Below are positions 62,427-64,000 of a stretch of DNA of 64,000 bases, piece by piece (within the stretch, counting starts at the first letter, position 1; each line of letters opens with the position of its first letter). The notes under the pieces were generated by a model. It did not search any database. It was not told where the DNA came from and saw only the letters and a list, made by a program, of their open reading frames with translations. Location: NCBI GenBank assembly GCA_965226885.1, contig CBDDEL010000011.1:288001-352000 (forward strand), given 5' to 3'. A program made the position numbers and the translations under genes. The DNA is from Opitutales bacterium. GTDB taxonomy: Bacteria > Verrucomicrobiota > Verrucomicrobiia > Opitutales > UBA2987.

Positions 62427-63692
62427 ATGTCGGAAAAAGCGAATAAACCGGTCCGGTTGATAGTTGTTGGGGCGGGCAACCGGGGCATTGGCTATGCCAC
62501 CTACGCTTTGGCTCATCCGTGTGAGGCAAAAATCGTTGGCGTGGCCGAACCGCGGAAAGCCTATCGGGAGAAATTGGCGCTCGATCATGGTATTCCCGAT
62601 AAAAATGTTTTTCAAAGCTGGGAGGATTTAGTGGCCAGGGATCGTTTTGCGGATGCCGCCATTATCGCCACTCAGGACGCCTTGCATGTTGAACCGGCCA
62701 TGGCATTTAGCGGCAAAGGCTATCATCTGCTGCTGGAGAAACCGATGGCGCCCGATGAGAACGGCTGCCGGCGCATCGTTTCGGCGGCTCTGGAAAACAA
62801 AAAAATTATCGCCGTATGTCACGTTCTGCGCTACACTCGTTACACCAAGACACTTAAGCGAATGCTGGATTCTGGCGCCATTGGGGAGATCGTTTCCATT
62901 CATCATCTGGAACCGGTCGGCTACTGGCACCAGGCGCATTCTTTCGTGCGTGGAAACTGGAGGAGCGAAGAGGAATCCTCACCCATGCTGCTGGCTAAAT
63001 CGTGCCACGACATTGATTGGATTTGCTACCTTATGGGAGCGAAATGCACTGCGGTATCTTCATTTGGAGGGCTCCATCATTTCAAGAAAAGTGAAAACCC
63101 GATCCAAGCTGGAGAGGCTGAATTCTGTTTGGATTGCCGTTTTGAACCTGAATGCGCCTATTCAGCCAAAAAGATTTACCTGGGACGGCTGGAAAAAGGG
63201 CAATCGGGGTGGCCGGTTAAAACGCTTAGCTTAAATCCCACATTGGAGAGCGTGACCAAGGCCCTTCGCGAGGGAGCCTATGGGAGGTGCGTTTACGAAT
63301 GCGACAACGACGTAGTCGATCATCAAGTTGTCAATATGCAATTCGAGGGAGGAGGGACGGCGGCTTTTACCATGACCGCATTCACCGAGGCAGGTAACCG
63401 CAAAACCCATATTTTTGGGACCAAGGGCGAGATTTACGGAGACGGTTCCAAAATCCGCCGTTTTGATTTTTTGACGGATTCAACCGAGATTATTGATAGC
63501 CAACTTGCATCTCCCACGATTCTTGAAGGTCACGGGGGAGGCGACCTGGGTTTGATGGAGGATTTTGTCTCAGCCGTGGCAAACAATGATCCACAAAAAA
63601 TCCTTACGGAACCGGAGGAAACATTGGAATCTCACCGGATAATATTCGCCGCCGAGAGGTCTCGACGTGAAGGTCGCATAGTCAATCTGTGA
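62427..63692 (+). CDS. Cytoplasmic Gfo/Idh/MocA oxidoreductase
   Basis: VGAGNRG, LLEKPM, HQAHSFVRGNW, LLAKSCHDID and GHGGGD motifs. Confidence 0.92.
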   Translation: MSEKANKPVRLIVVGAGNRGIGYATYALAHPCEAKIVGVAEPRKAYREKLALDHGIPDKNVFQSWEDLVARDRFADAAIIATQDALHVEPAMAFSGKGYHLLLEKPMAPDENGCRRIVSAALENKKIIAVCHVLRYTRYTKTLKRMLDSGAIGEIVSIHHLEPVGYWHQAHSFVRGNWRSEEESSPMLLAKSCHDIDWICYLMGAKCTAVSSFGGLHHFKKSENPIQAGEAEFCLDCRFEPECAYSAKKIYLGRLEKGQSGWPVKTLSLNPTLESVTKALREGAYGRCVYECDNDVVDHQVVNMQFEGGGTAAFTMTAFTEAGNRKTHIFGTKGEIYGDGSKIRRFDFLTDSTEIIDSQLASPTILEGHGGGDLGLMEDFVSAVANNDPQKILTEPEETLESHRIIFAAERSRREGRIVNL

Positions 63693-63756
63693 ATTCGGCC
63701 CAATGTTTCTTTCCCATCTTTTGATAATTCGCAAAAGCAATAAAAGCTAAAACCCC

Positions 63757-64000
63757 ATGAAATCATTAAATTGGATCATTAAAGGAGGCCGGGTCATCGA
63801 TCCGGCAAATGGCATTGACGGAATTCGCGATGTGGCCATTGAGGCAGGGCGAATCGTGGCGGTGGCGGAGACTGAGGCTTTGGACTACGATGGAGCGGAA
63901 CAGGTCTATGACGCTGCTGGCAAGCTGGTGGTTCCGGGCCTCATCGACATTCATGCGCACATCTATCATTTGGTTATTCCATTGGGGGTAGATGCCGATT
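63757..64000 (+). CDS. Amidohydrolase/deacetylase (dihydroorotase-like), partial
   Basis: Not in ORF track. Manual translation gives MKSLNWIIKGGRVIDPANGIDG.RDVAI..GRI...VVPGLIDIHAH. Confidence 0.85.
   Translation, partial: MKSLNWIIKGGRVIDPANGIDGIRDVAIEAGRIVAVAETEALDYDGAEQVYDAAGKLVVPGLIDIHAHIYHLVIPLGVDAD

Overview
This is a 64-kb bacterial chromosomal segment. The gene content suggests Verrucomicrobiota/PVC, but that is inference only. I count 17 complete or partial insertion sequences of 6 types: IS1-family x5, IS1380-family x6, IS3-family type A x2, IS3-family type B x1, IS5/ISNCY-like x2 and IS21 x1. Together they cover roughly 22-23 kb (about a third of the window), including a nested IS island at ~24.6-35.5 kb. 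At least six host genes are broken by IS insertion or short tandem duplications. Intact content: a TPP-riboswitch-controlled TonB-dependent receptor; holA; an MFS/ApbE/TIGR03663-like/GT2 block; a Tat-exported Gfo/Idh/MocA + DUF1080 + DoxX cluster; a Tat-exported PaoABC-like molybdoenzyme operon with two uncharacterised flanking genes; and housekeeping genes (pck, metK, ahcY, aroK, dus). The most notable sequence-level observations are: (i) an IS1 whose InsB lies in the +1 rather than -1 frame in all five copies; (ii) a hairpin motif shared by the 3' ends of unrelated IS3 and IS21 elements; (iii) IS1380 targeting of YTAR sites, including self-insertion and one non-identical target duplication; (iv) pervasive 8-22 bp tandem duplications. 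No CRISPR array, rRNA or tRNA was seen. All product calls come from motif recognition by eye, with no database search.
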